Below are positions 12,075 through 25,441 of a stretch of 64,000 nt of DNA, piece by piece. The position numbers and the translations under genes were made by a program. Location of the stretch: assembly GCA_950097015.1 (NCBI GenBank), contig CATNEN010000038.1:930001-994000 (forward strand), in the 5' to 3' direction. The DNA is from Macrostomum hystrix. Taxonomy: Eukaryota > Animalia > Platyhelminthes. The notes below the pieces were generated by a model, which had not been told where the DNA came from, searched no databases, and saw nothing but the letters and a program-made list of their open reading frames with translations. The number at the start of each line of letters is the position of its first letter. Positions within the stretch are counted from its first letter, which is position 1.

Positions 12075-14501
12075 ATTATGAAAAATTCCACACCACATTA
12101 TTTATGCCAGGTATATTAATTATTATTGTTGCAAGGCAGGTAGTAACGTTGTACAATTTTGGGAGGAGCAAAAAATTGTTTTGACATGCACTCTACCACT
12201 TTTCTGACTATGGCATGGTAGGGGGTTAAAGCTATAACAAATCTGATTAAAAATGAAATCAGCACATCAAAAAGCCTTAGTAGCCACAGATTTATCATCC
12301 TATCAAAACAAGAACTATTTTATATAGACCTAAAGTTCAAGAGACCCTCGCCTCCCCGCTGGGTCCATGGACCACCCTGCAGCTAAGTCTAGTAAGTCAA
12401 AGTTCAAGAAGCCCAAAAAGCAAGCAAAGTTAAAATGTATTAAAAACTTGAAGTCTATACTTTATAGCAATTATCATTTTGGTTTAAAAAATTTAGCTAG
12501 TCAGCCAGACCACTGACTGATAATTTGGATATAAGTTGCATTAGTAACACTCTTAGTAGTTTAGTCTTAGGTTTTAACTAACATCTATTATTAACTTTAC
12601 ATGTAACAATTTCATTGTGTCAGTTAATAAATGTTGAAAATCAAAACAATTGGATTGGGATTTCGATTTGCTGGCATAAGTAGTACTAGTAACTAAATTT
12701 AAAACGAAAAAACATTGCTTACCTTTGTCATAAAAAAATTAATAGAAAATTTCAATACTTAAATTGACAAAGTAACTTTAAAAAATACCTTCTCTAGACA
12801 CAGTAAAGTACAATCTGTTATGGATGTAATGATATCCTAAGTGTAAAATGCCAACTAAACTAGTTTGGTGGCGCAGCGCATTAGGGCGCGTTTTTTATTT
12901 AAACAATTCTAAACTATTAAATAAAAACTTAAATAAAAAATTATACTACAACGTAACTAAGAAAATCTTTTTTTGAGAAGTACTAATACACTTTTTTTAA
13001 TGCGCATACTTAGTTCTGTATAATTATTTGTTATACCATACGCACGTAAAGTTATGAAATTGACGTAAAATCCGGACTATTCAGACTCGTTTTTGACATG
13101 TAAAAAGAGTATTTATAAAAATACAATTCTTTCTTTCCATGTAACACTAAAAAAGTGACGAATTCTATAGACAAATGAATACAATTATATTGAGAATGAT
13201 TGCAGAAGGACTGCGGGCAATGGCACATCATTTAGTGACACTAGACCCACAGCGAGCTATTTTTTGCTAATACCTTATTCGGATCATTGTCATAAATAAT
13301 TACGAGTACATAATCAGTCTTACTTGTTTCTGTTTCGTTTCTTTTAAGGCACTGTAGAGTTATACCGCTATACTTTCTGGAATTTTAGAACTGATTCTGG
13401 TTCTGGAATTCTGGGTAGAATGAAAAGCCTATTTTACGGGTTGGAGAGCTGGGTAAAACAGCTTTAATTTAATTTTTCAATTAACTGCCGTCAAAAATAA
13501 AGCCAATATAATCTAGCAACCAAGTTATATAAATATGAGTAATTTAAAATTAAAATAAATATGATTTGATTTTGTTTTTGTCTTATAACTAGTATAAATA
13601 TGTCTTTCTATGCATGTATAACTCAACCTGTGTGGCGTGTTGATAGAGAGAGCGCTCTGTTTGAGTGTTACGAGGGGGGTTCGAATTTTTTCCGTATTAT
13701 TTTTACTAATGAATTTTTTTGATCCGATATTTTATTGTGATGCTAAATATTTACTAATTATTTCGTTTTATAGCCATTTTATACAGTGGATGTGTTGTAA
13801 TTTTAGTTCTGGCTTCTGATAAGCCATTAAGCCCTCGCTGTTAAGGTGGAAGTATCATTTGTTTGAGACGGGGTGATCACTTCTTGGTTCTTACTTAGCA
13901 CGATAGAAAAGCGTCATATATCTATTACACGTAAAATCCACTTAATCAGTAAGTCCCATCTAAACTCATTCAGCTTTAGTTGTATTGTATTAATTAGTAT
14001 GAACTGTGGTTTGCTTGCCTATATGTTTGGAAATAAATGATTATCAGTGCAAAGGAAAAATATTTAGATAGCCAGTTACATACTTCATATTTCATACTTT
14101 CTACTTGCAGTAGACGAGTAGCATGATCCATGTAAAATTTATCGGAAGTCTACCCCCTACCCCCTACCCCCCCGTGGGTCCACATGGATTCACCCGGCTA
14201 GCCGAGTATTTTTTGACTAGTGGAAGTGTCGGCTAGCCGGCGGCCGCGAGCTGAGCCCACACCATGTACTCTTGGGCCTGAAATTCTCTACCCAAGGACA
14301 GCAAGCCCGAAATTGACAGTCCAGAGTACATGCAGGGAATGACTGGAAGATCAGAGCTGGAATATGATCGCCTTCGCGAGCTGCGCGTACATTTATCAGT
14401 CCCGGGGAATACTGAGCTTGCGAATTGAATTGGCTTTATTGTGAAGAATTATAAAGCAGGCCCAAAAGTCAACAGAAAGTATAAAAATACAAGTAGCAAT
14501 T

Positions 14502-15635
14502 ATGGACTTTAAACTAATTATTTCACGACTCTTCCAATTAAGTGAAGAAGAAGCCGAAAAGTGCATCGCATCTGTGGGCGAGGAAATGACAGGCGACACT
14601 GGATTCCTGAGCTACAGGCGAAGGCTGAAAGTTGTGAAGGGTGACAAGACTATTAGCGTGTTTCTAAAGTTCAGCGACACAACACGACAGGACTCCGGCG
14701 AGCTAAAGGACATGATGGACAGCTTCTGTCCACGCGAGTGTCTCTTCTACGGCTGCTTCGCGCCGCTGCTGGAGCGGACCGCCGCACAACTCGGCATTGG
14801 CAGCATCGGACTGCCCACAGTGTACCAGGAGCTGGTGCAGCCCACTGGCACTCTCATTGTGATGGAGGACCTAGGCGATGCAGGCTTCCAATTGGCTTCT
14901 CCTGTTCTAAATGCCGCGGAGACGCGTTGCGTTGTGAGTAGTCTGGCTCGAGTCCAGGCCGCGTTCTGGCTCACGAAAGATCGGCTGGGCTGTGCCGCCG
15001 CTGGTCTGTTCGGTCAGCCATCGCCCCTGAGCGACGCCTTCTCCGCCCTGTCCGGCACAAAGAAGAACATGGACGAACTGCTGCCTGCGGGCTTTGAACT
15101 GTTTCGCAGTGAATTCGCTAAGCATATGAAATGCGAGAAACGGATCGCCGTGATCAATGCCTACCTTGCTGACGGCTACCTGGACAAAGCTCGTCAGATT
15201 ATTAAACTGGGCAAGGAAGAGCGAGAAGTGATCGGCATTACCCACTCGGATCTGTGGTACAACAACTGCATGTTCAGCAGAGACGCTGCGGGTCAGCCGA
15301 TGGAGTGTCGCTTGATAGACTGGCAGGTGTTCGGTATTGGCTGGCTCACCTTCGACCTCGGCCCTTTCTGGGTCTCCAGTGTCGACAACGCCATCGCCGT
15401 TGACGAGTATCTTCCCAGCGTCGATTTCTATCATGATTCCATTCGGTCCCTGTACGAAAAGGGTCTCCAGAAAGAGTTCCCAGTGTCCAGAGAGCAGCTG
15501 AGGCAGCAGGCGGTTCAGTCGCTGCAGTGGGGCATTACCTGGCTGGTCACGTTTTCCGAGATGATGCCAGTGCTGCGTCGGCTGGACAACGTGCTGGACA
15601 ATATCGCTGATCTCATTCAGCACTTCGGCCTGTAG
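14502..15635 (+). CDS. Ecdysteroid kinase-like / CHK kinase-like protein (APH/choline kinase superfamily), intronless
   Basis: 377 aa; VFLK, RECLFY, LIVMEDL, Brenner motif HSDLWYNNCMF, LIDWQ, DL. Confidence 0.92.
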   Translation: MDFKLIISRLFQLSEEEAEKCIASVGEEMTGDTGFLSYRRRLKVVKGDKTISVFLKFSDTTRQDSGELKDMMDSFCPRECLFYGCFAPLLERTAAQLGIGSIGLPTVYQELVQPTGTLIVMEDLGDAGFQLASPVLNAAETRCVVSSLARVQAAFWLTKDRLGCAAAGLFGQPSPLSDAFSALSGTKKNMDELLPAGFELFRSEFAKHMKCEKRIAVINAYLADGYLDKARQIIKLGKEEREVIGITHSDLWYNNCMFSRDAAGQPMECRLIDWQVFGIGWLTFDLGPFWVSSVDNAIAVDEYLPSVDFYHDSIRSLYEKGLQKEFPVSREQLRQQAVQSLQWGITWLVTFSEMMPVLRRLDNVLDNIADLIQHFGL

Positions 15636-16901
15636 ATCCAGTCGGTTAATTAAGTCTGACGATCTCAAGTATATCATCCGATCATCATATAAGCTAATAA
15701 ATGAAATTTAAAATAATCTGTTACATGTACTGTTTTTGTAGTCTTGCTATCAACGAGCCGATTGCGAATTCGCGAGAATATATTGCGATAGCTCGCTTTG
15801 TCTATGTAATTAAAAAGATTTTTTTTGCACCGAATGTAATAAATTTTCGAGAACTTCTTCACTTAATTATTTTATGTTTTTGTTTAGTTCCTCTTCTGTT
15901 TAAAAAGTACAACACCATTTTATAAAAGCTAGTTATTGCTTATAGTTAAACCATTCATACGCTCGTAATTACATTGATAACATTTCTCTTAGCTTAAATT
16001 GTTGTAGTAATTTATATATCTTTATATTCACATTTATAATCAATTTATATATATACGAGTATATATTGTTGACGATCTCTGAAATGAAAAATAAATTATC
16101 TTCGTAATTTACCGTAAGAATTTGTTGTAAAAGTACTTTTGTTTTATTGCGCGGGAACTTGTTTTACCGTAGGAAATTTTTTGTTTTAACGTGTCTGAAA
16201 TACTAAATGAAAAAGGTATAAATACAGAGGAAGTGAAAGAAGAAGAAAGTCTACCTTGTGAAGCCGTGTACTTTAGCAAAGTCCTACTCAAAAGTGTTAC
16301 TTTTGTTATTTATGAAACATACGGAGATGAATACTAAGAGAGTCCAAGAGAGAGAAATGGAAAAGCATTGCTATACACTTCAGATTATTGGTAACGCTCT
16401 TCGGAATGCCTATGCTCAGAAATACATGCATGCTCAAAAATGAAATGAAATAATTTCAATAATTTCATTGAATATGCTCAACAATTTCAATATTTTTGTT
16501 CATATTCAAGTTTTACATTCATAATTTACTGCAACTACCGACCGATATACAAGTATATTACGATCGTAGCAAGAGAACACATATTTTGCTGGTGCATTTA
16601 CTCGTTCAAGGGTAAAAACTACGAACCGACAAATAAATAGATTTATTTTTTTCTCGTTAAAACGATTAAGATCAGTTTTAGGTTTGTCTTATTTATTTGA
16701 TGTATAACTACGACAATAATTAATATGTTGTTTGTTTAAAAAAATCAAATTTTCAAAAACAGCATCAACCATGTGTTGGATGAGTTCTCCTTTCCCAACT
16801 GTACGTTCTCGAGCCATGATATGGCTTTGGCACCATTCACAATAATCATACTTTTGGGACTGACAATCTAAAACTGTGAGTACAGCAGAGCACGATCGGC
16901 T

Positions 16902-18032
16902 TCAAAGCTTGAAGTGCTCAATGACGTCAGCCATATTGGCGAGAATGTTTTCCACGGATTTGAAGGCCCACAAGGTCTCTGCGGACAGGACGACCCAAGC
17001 GATGCCAAAGTGCAGCGAGCGTACAGCCTGCTGCCGGGTCTGCTCCAATGAGACTGGGAACTCCTCCGCCTGCGAGTTCTCATACAAACACTTCATAGCC
17101 TCGTGATAGTAATCCACGCACGGTAGGTACTCCTCGGTGACGATGGCATTGCTGATGCCGGATATCCAGAGCGGGCCCAGATCATAGGTTAGCCCACCGA
17201 TGCCGAAGAACTGCCAGTCGATCAGGCGACATTCCACCGGCTGTCCACTGACGTCTCTGCGCAGCATGCAGTTGTTGTACCACAAGTCGCAGTGAGTCAC
17301 GCCAGCGACTTCCCTCTCCTCTCGATTGGAATTCATTACACTTCTAGCCTTGTCTAGAAAGTCGTCATCGAGGTAAGCGTTGAGAATGGCTACTCGCCTG
17401 TCACACTTCAAGAACTTAGGAAAGTCTCGCCGGAAAGCGTTGAAAACGGCGACAAGAAAAGCGTCGAAGTTCACCTCAGTCCCCTCCAACGATCCGATAG
17501 GATCGGCAAAGGCGGACTTGGCGCCAAAAAGTGCTTCCGCTTGGCCGCCCAGCCGAGCCCTCGTGAGCCAGAACGCGGCCTGCACTCGAGCCAGACTCGA
17601 CAGGATGCAGCGGGCCTCGTCTGCGTTCATCACAGCTGGGGCGAGCTCGAAGCCTGCCTCGCCGAGGTCCTCCATCACAATGAGAGTGCCAGTGGGCTGC
17701 ACCAGCTCCTGGTGCACGGTTGGCAGTCCGATGCTGCCGATTCCGAGTTGTGCGGCGGTCCGCTCCAGCAGCGGCGCGAAGCAGCCGTAGAAGAGACACT
17801 CGCGCGGACAGAAGTGGTCGCTGAAGTCTTTCAAAATGCCAAGCTCCTGTCGGCTTGGATCGCTAAACTTAAGAAACACGTTTATTGTCGAGTCGCCCTT
17901 CATGATTTTTAACCGACGCCGGTAGCTCAGGAATCCAGTGTCGCCAGTCATCTCCTCACCGACCTCTTCGATGCTGTGGGCTTCATCCTCCTTCAGAATG
18001 AACAGGCGTGACAGAATTTCTCGGAAGTTCAT
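16902..18032 (-). CDS. Ecdysteroid kinase-like / CHK kinase-like protein, paralogue of 14502-15635
   Basis: 376 aa; HCDLWYNNCML, LIDWQ; colinear with the neighbouring gene. Confidence 0.92.
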   Translation of the reverse strand: MNFREILSRLFILKEDEAHSIEEVGEEMTGDTGFLSYRRRLKIMKGDSTINVFLKFSDPSRQELGILKDFSDHFCPRECLFYGCFAPLLERTAAQLGIGSIGLPTVHQELVQPTGTLIVMEDLGEAGFELAPAVMNADEARCILSSLARVQAAFWLTRARLGGQAEALFGAKSAFADPIGSLEGTEVNFDAFLVAVFNAFRRDFPKFLKCDRRVAILNAYLDDDFLDKARSVMNSNREEREVAGVTHCDLWYNNCMLRRDVSGQPVECRLIDWQFFGIGGLTYDLGPLWISGISNAIVTEEYLPCVDYYHEAMKCLYENSQAEEFPVSLEQTRQQAVRSLHFGIAWVVLSAETLWAFKSVENILANMADVIEHFKL

Positions 18033-19699
18033 TTTTAGACTTGTGGTGGAAAATCTCTGTGTTTGGTTTGGCTGCTAAGTAGCTGTGAACTTAACTTTTT
18101 TCTAAAAAGTTTGTCTGTCTTGCACCTTCTCTGAGAATCGGACAGGGAGTCCTATTGAATGCTTGATAGGACTTCCTATCAAGCAATGTATGATAGGCTT
18201 GCTCTACTCGAATCAAATTTCTAACCAACACGGTTATCTTGAGCAAGCGAATGCGCTTTGGTTTTATCTCTCCCGTACAATGGGTCTCACGTTAATATTG
18301 TACTACTTACCTGACATATGCAAGTAGTATTATACGAGTATAAGCACGACTTTTGAAGCATGCGGAATGCATGGTTCATAAGGCATTCTTTGATGACACA
18401 CCTGGCATTTGTCAAGCGATTCTCATGCGAAATAAAAGTGATGTCACGGATGATGATGTCTAAAAGCAGTCGCGCATATGCCACAAAGAAATATTTTGCA
18501 GTGACTTCATTTGTGCAGCTTTTTTTAATTCCTTCAGAGAAACTCTCAGTGGTCAAAGCTTGTCATTCGTGTTTAAGAGTCAGCTGTTTTGCCTGTGTAG
18601 CTGCGAGAAATTTTTTTCGCTGATGAATTGAAAAAATATCAATGGAAAGGTTAAAGCAAAAAGCTTTTGAACTTTTCATGAAAAGGAACTGCACAATATC
18701 ATTTTTTGTTTGCTTAAAGGTTCAGCAATATAGTAAACGAGTATAAACGTGTTTGTGTCAGAAGCAGAAGGTCGGTCTAGTAGTTTAACAACTCATGGTG
18801 GATGCTCGCACCAGTGTTACGTTTGAACATTGATATTGGGTAAGTGCCTTTTGGGAAAGTACGCTGCACCACCTGTTTAAAAGTCAAAAGTCAAGGATTT
18901 TGGTCCTGTACGTGCAGCAGCTTCTGCCTTACATGATCCAAAGGCCAGTAATTTCGTACCGTCTTCAAATGCTCGGAACGGTCTTGGCCTTTACATTTAG
19001 CCAGCCTGCAATGCTTCTGGTGTTATCGCCTCTATAGATAGCGTCGATTATTAGTATATGATTTTCGTCGCGATTTATGCAATTTTTGCATATTGCCCAC
19101 GTGGCGCTCTGGCATCTTCGGCAGCGATTCCGTCGATGTCTCGAAAATGTTGCGCGGTTGGTCACTCTCGTGACATTATGAAAAAACCGAGACTGGAACG
19201 GCATAGACAGCGCTGTTTATGGGCTTCAGTGCTTAAATTAGTAAACGAATGATTGAAATAAAATGCCTGCCGGTTTGATACACTTTCTACCATAGACAAC
19301 TAGCAGTGAGGCTCAAAATACGCTCGTACATGCTTTTGCTATCTTGGAATAAATAGCCCCTACTACATGGAGACTTTTACCCTACTACATATGGCGGTGA
19401 CCATATATAATTGCCGCCTGTTTGCTATTTTGCTATAGCGATTTGCTATTTGCTGTCTGTTGAACTCTTAGCTGATAGTCCTAATAACTCCTTGGATATT
19501 TTTGAGGGCTTCCACGTGCGTATTGAACGTTGTCTAGGATTGACAGTCATGACAGATCATAGAAAGAATCTGTGAGTATCCTATGATCGGATCCAAACAA
19601 GTCGAAGCGCATCGTCAAAAAACAAAAAAATGCCAGTGCCTTTCCAATTCTCTTGCTACTTATTAGAAGAGCTTCTCTTCCTCGGGAGAGGTTTAGAGT

Positions 19700-20090
19700 T
19701 CTAAGCTCAGCTCGTTCATGGAATGAACAGGTGTACACAGTTTTTTAGTGCAGTTCCGCATTCGACCTACCGTCCAACAGACTCGAAGTTGTCCAAATTG
19801 ACATTGTCGGTTCGCTGCCAGTGCCAGATAGGAAGTACGACGTCTCTTGCGGGCTGCAACCCCTCGATATCTACTCACCATGATCGACCGCTGCATCAGC
19901 TGGCTCGAGGCGACGCCGCTAGAATCTGCCACAGCTGAGAGCGTCGGGTCTGCATTCATCTCAATTAACCTGGGTCTCGCGCTTCGGAGGGCCACTTTAC
20001 ATCGTCACCGACCGAGGGCTGCAGTTCGAAGCCAAATTCTTCAGCAGAGTCGCCAAAATCGTAGGATTCCTCACATCAGCCTGAACCGGA
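19700..20090 (+). mobile_element. Decayed Ty3/Gypsy integrase fragment
   Basis: YLLTMIDRCISWLEATPLESATAESV, then after a frameshift SRFGGPLYIVTDRGLQFE: the first two catalytic Asp regions of the rve core. Confidence 0.8.
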
Positions 20091-23000
20091 GACCACCAGG
20101 TCAAAACCCACGACAAGACAGCATCAACCATCTTCAATACGTACTAGGAGTGGCCGCAGAGTTCAAACAAAAAAATGACAATTTTTATTTCTAGATAAGA
20201 AACTGACACTCATCATTCTTACATGCATCATACGGTAGTTCATACATGCACAGTACCACAGTTGATGCATCGAAAACTGTAATTCCCAGTTTTCATCATG
20301 TAGATAATCACCGTCAGGACTCCATCTTCCGCGGGGACTGATGTAGCGACCTTCGCGAAACTTCCATACGGTATGAAATTCAAATGACCGTCTAGAATAT
20401 TCTATACAGTACAAAAAACTTTTTTTCGAGAAAATTCTCCAAAATAGTGCGAGCCGTACAAATTAAACTTCAGCCTTTTTCTAGAATCTTCCTTGAGTGC
20501 AATAATCATGCACTAGAGCAAAAACTATCGTATATCAAAAAAGAAACATTAAACACAAACTACATCTAATCTACATTGGGTCTACATCTAATAAAGATGA
20601 GAAATAATTCAATTAAATTTATTTTACCGCACAATAACTTTCTAGAAATTTCCGGAAACTTTAAAATAGACTATAAATGCACCTGATTAGGCAATGTTAA
20701 GACCCTTCATTACATTCTGATCTCATACGAGACTCAACAAAAAGGAACCACCGCCTAGCCCTTGATTATTTGCGACTCGTAACCCAAAACCACTACAGCA
20801 GAGACTGTGCTAGCTGTACATCTGGCCCACTGGGCTAGGTGTCCATTTATCTATTTATCACTGATATAGCAAACAAACAAATGGGACACAAGCACCAAAA
20901 GCACTAGCAAGGTGAACAGCATGACGTCCTGAACATGCTGTGAGTAGTGGCTCTCGGCCCGGATCACGTCGCCCACCAGCGTCGGCGTCAGATGGCCGCG
21001 TGGACGGGCGTCGCATCTGGGCCCTACCGAACAGCGTCTCGTTCTTGACGCTTGCGATAGATTGGAAGGCCGCTCGTAGCAGCCCGTATTATGTAGGCAA
21101 ATGTAATATCTGATACTTTACTGGCTAAAACTTTTCTTCTCGTTCATAGTGGACTCAGAACAATAACTCAGTCCAATGTTTTCTTCGCTACTACTTTGCC
21201 AATAAATAATTTGAGAAGCTTCAAGACAGGCCTCGATGTGCACTTCACTGGAGCAGTTGCCTCGGATTCTGTCGGAAACCAGCATGCGCTATGCAGGGGG
21301 GACATGCCTGGAGAAGTAGAAAGCCTGCTAGACAGCTGGGTTGAAGGCTCGGACGGATTTCATTGCGGACAGAGAAATCAATGCCTGCTATAGCTAAGTT
21401 TGAAGATCGATCTAATGCCGAGGCAGCTGCATAGGCAGCTTGGCAAGAGGCCTAAGACAAGCAACTGCAGGACAGAACATGTCCAGAATCCATAATTTCA
21501 ATCACTATCCGCCGAGTTCTCGCTCCTTTACGTCAAATGCCACCATGGGTTCGAGACTCAGGCATTCTCGCTCACTCCATCTCACTTCCATCTCCCATTC
21601 TCTCCGTCTTTACTCCTTATCTTTAACTTTTCTCGTCTCTCTATCGTTTAGCCTGATGACGTCTTTCAATTTCTCTTCCTCCTGTCTTGTCTCGAATTCA
21701 TCTTCCCTCGTGTACCTGCTTGTTATTTCAATCGATCGTCATCGATTTTTTCAACGTAACTAGAAATTCTATTCTTTTCTTGAAGTTCGCAGGAGCTAAA
21801 GTTTGTCGTGGAGCTGGACAAGCTGGCTAGATGAAGCCATTGATCCGAGCGCGTCAATCTTAAATGCCAATTAGCAAATGTGGAGGCGTTTGAGAGTTGG
21901 ACTCAGATGCTGGACTTTGATCCAGCAGAGGTTTTAGGTCTGTTGAAGCAGAGGACTGTACTCTTGTAAAATAGTCGCGACTCTCACACAAACCTTTGTG
22001 AAGATCCATAAGCTCCCAAACTCTAACCATCACATAGCCTAAACTTTGCATATTCTAAACGACTGTAATCGACTCGACAATATCGAGGAAATAAAATAAT
22101 GGAAACTAGCTTTCTCATGGTCATGTTCAATGTGGCACATTATTCTCGCTGCTCTGAGCATTGGCCATGTGATTGGTTGGGCCAAGACCGTGTGACAGGG
22201 TATCTCCTCTTCATTGCCTGAACCGTAGGCGACTTCTGATAGGATGCACTTATTTCGACACCCTGTACCCAAGGGTTTTCATACTGGAAGCGTTGTGAGG
22301 TTGCTCTCGTAGATCAGTCCGTCGCAATGGGTACGGGTTAAACCGGTTGGATCACAATGGGTGGGGAGAACTGCACTGCCTGCTATGGTAAGTCCGTATA
22401 TCACAAATAATTGATGGAGGCCCTTACAATCGTACAATGCTGCACGTGGATTTTCTATACCGAGTCTGTTGAAGGCTGGGCCCAAAAGACTGGACTGAAT
22501 GAACCAGGAGATCTTGTTAAATAGTAGTTACTACCTTGGAATACCATGTTCTCTACATACCATGGAGTTATACCGGGTTGTACTCTTCCACAGAGACTAC
22601 CTTACTGGGATCAGAGTCATGGCACCTTTGAATAGCACAAGGACATCCCTACTTGGAGACCAACATGCCAACAGGTGCTTGTTCCGGTTCCAGCGGTGTT
22701 CAAATGCTTGTTGTTTTTTTTTCCTGAAAAAATTGCTGCCTGACCAGCTTTTTCCACAGGTAATTGCCTTCATGAGGCAACTGGGTTTGGAGCACCGAAT
22801 TTTGTACTTTCTACTCGTAGCAGCTGACCAGTAAATTGAGGTGGCTGCTTCGCTTAACAGTATAAAGAACACGCTACTTTTCACCTTGGGTAAAGACCAC
22901 GGGGTATTTGAAATACCCACTGCTTATTTCTTGATATCATGTCATCAAACCGACTGACCGATTTTCGTGAAAGTCCACCATTCGGATCGAAATTTTCCGT

Positions 23001-25441
23001 CCTTGTCGATGAACTAACTTTCAAAGCAGTCCGAGTCAGCATTCTTGTCGAAGACCCTCGTCACAAGGACGACTAGCATTGCTCTGTATAAACTTACGAT
23101 CGTATATGGCGAATCCATTTCGGTTAAAAATATAATAATTGACGATATAATCAATGCAATATAGTCAACAATGATATTCGAAATGGTTACATGACGAAAT
23201 TTTGTCAGCAGAAAGTTCAGGCCTATATTAGTGTTCTTTGCCACCAGACACCCCGACGAGATACGTTGAATATCTCGACGATGCCGATGTTTTGTGATTC
23301 TGGAAGTACATGGCGATTGGTTGAATAGTTTTGGAGAACCAGAAAAAAAGAGAAAACGTGATTATTTGAAATAGCCCATAGTCTTTCTACTGTTAAACCC
23401 ATGGGCAGTCTAAGAGACCTCTTTACGGCTTTAGGGCTTCACACATTTATGCTCCGTCACTTGTGTGGGACTATAAAAGTTCAATACACAAACGATGTTC
23501 TTCTAAGACGTCATTTTTTAAGTGTCTGCCAATCCAAAAGAAATTCACCTCTATGCCGCATCGTAATATGTGTGACAGTCGGGAAAGCAGGCAGGCGGGA
23601 TACACGTCATTTGCACGAAAATGCTTCGCGCACACTTTCGGAAGCATATTGCCCTTGCAATGCGCCCTGGCTGCCGCCTAAAACGGCGCATAATCAACAG
23701 TTCAGCGGCAAAGTGAAACTGTCACACAGTCCTGAAGCCACCATCGCCTGTAGCCATCAGCTGTGCGACACTGCTAAAACTGTGGGCTAAAATACTGCAA
23801 GGGACTGGGTGGCAAGGCAGTGTGTGAACATGTTTGCAGGGCGGCGACCTCACAACTGCAGTTGCACAGCAGTTGGGACTTCATTTCAACGCACCCAGAG
23901 CCTGGGGGTGAAAGTAAGGGAAATGGCTACAGCTGCATGGAAGCGGGCCATCCCTTTTTAAAATGTTCATCGGAAAAAAGTTTCTTTTTCAAACGCATAT
24001 TTTACACAGAGGCACATAATAGGGAAGCCAACTGTGCCACCACTCCCATATAGCGCCTGTGCTATTATCTGCAGTGCAGGGAAATTGCATTTTTAAATGG
24101 ATTTCACAAAATATACAACATTCACAGCGATGAGACCCAATGTGGAGCAATTGCAGCGGGCAAATAAGTATGTAATAGTCCTCCCTGAGAGCAGAAACGC
24201 CAGTTGGATTAAAAGCTTACAGCACTCAACAAAGATATCATTTGTAGACTTTTGCCAAGCCCACAAATATCTGCTTCAATGCCAATGCTTCAAGCCGTAG
24301 CAGCAGATCTATAAAAAATAGACACTTCTAATGGACCGGATCAGAGCTTCACGGCACGGACCAGCCCATTAGGACGTTGTTGACGCGACACAAAGATGCA
24401 GATGTCCATAAAATGTTTTTCAAGTGCACACATTTTTATGCTTGCGCTAAAAGCCATCAGAGCACTTTTTTCGTGCATGAAATTCTTAAGAAATGTCAAG
24501 CCGCGGTACACATTGACCTAGTACGAAGACTATAGGTTTCATGAAGGCCAAGCGTGGGTGAAGGTGAGAATGAATGGTAAATGTAACGCGACCGATTCTT
24601 GCACCTATTCTCGATTCTCGATTGAAGCTAAAGCGCTCAGAGAAGCTGCTTGGGGGCGGCTAGTCGTGCAGTTCGTGCGAATGGGAGAAGTGGGAAAAGT
24701 GCACGGGGCACAGGTGCAGTTAGTTTTCTCGTATTTAGAAGTGTCAACTGAAGCCAGCAACTTTTAATAAAACCCATTCCTTTTCGTCAGCGCATGCACC
24801 CAGCTCTTTCCTGCCTCTTACTCTGCTTTGAAATCAGAAAAAATGCTTAAGCTGCTGCTCATTGTTGACTTCGCTCTTACGCCTGTCTATCAATTCAAGC
24901 GTGCTCCCATTTCTGAGCATGAGCAGGTTCTGTCCGAGCCTTTGTACATTAAAATGGTTACAAAAAGTTGCATATCCTTTAGCCCAGACCGAGAGCGTTT
25001 TTAAACGTTTCTTTCAGCAGTTGAGCACACGAAGCCCAATAAGCTAAAGGTGTACGAAATTCGCCCGTTTAAATGAAAGAATGAAAAAATAAGCACAACA
25101 GTCAGTTTCCTCAACTGGAAAATATCTGCATCGCGCAGAATCATGTTCAGCTTTTTTGCATGCTCGCTCGTTTGTATTTGATAAAGTTCTGGAATTATAT
25201 TAAAAATACAGGTAGTAGGTGGCCGTACTTTGGTTTTACCGACACCAGTTTAGAAGGCCTTGCTACAATCTATGAATAAAAGAATACTTAAAATTGTACT
25301 TTTACCAACGCTCTCGCCTTAGAATATTTTACTCCGCAGAAAAATCGGTGAAGTGATTAGTGTCCGACCTTCCCTGATCAATATTCGTACTGGGGTGGGC
25401 AAGTAGAGGCTTTCGGGGACCGCATCTGCGGCTGGGGCTGG

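Noticed and set aside
5770-13700. Single mariner element bounded by TIR-like motifs at 5770-5797 and ~13669
   Set aside because: Motifs face outward rather than inward and differ in sequence; no transposase between them
14907-15677. 256-aa antisense ORF and similar shadow ORFs over the GPCR, netrin and helicase
   Set aside because: Expected shadows of GC-rich coding sequence on the opposite strand; no motifs
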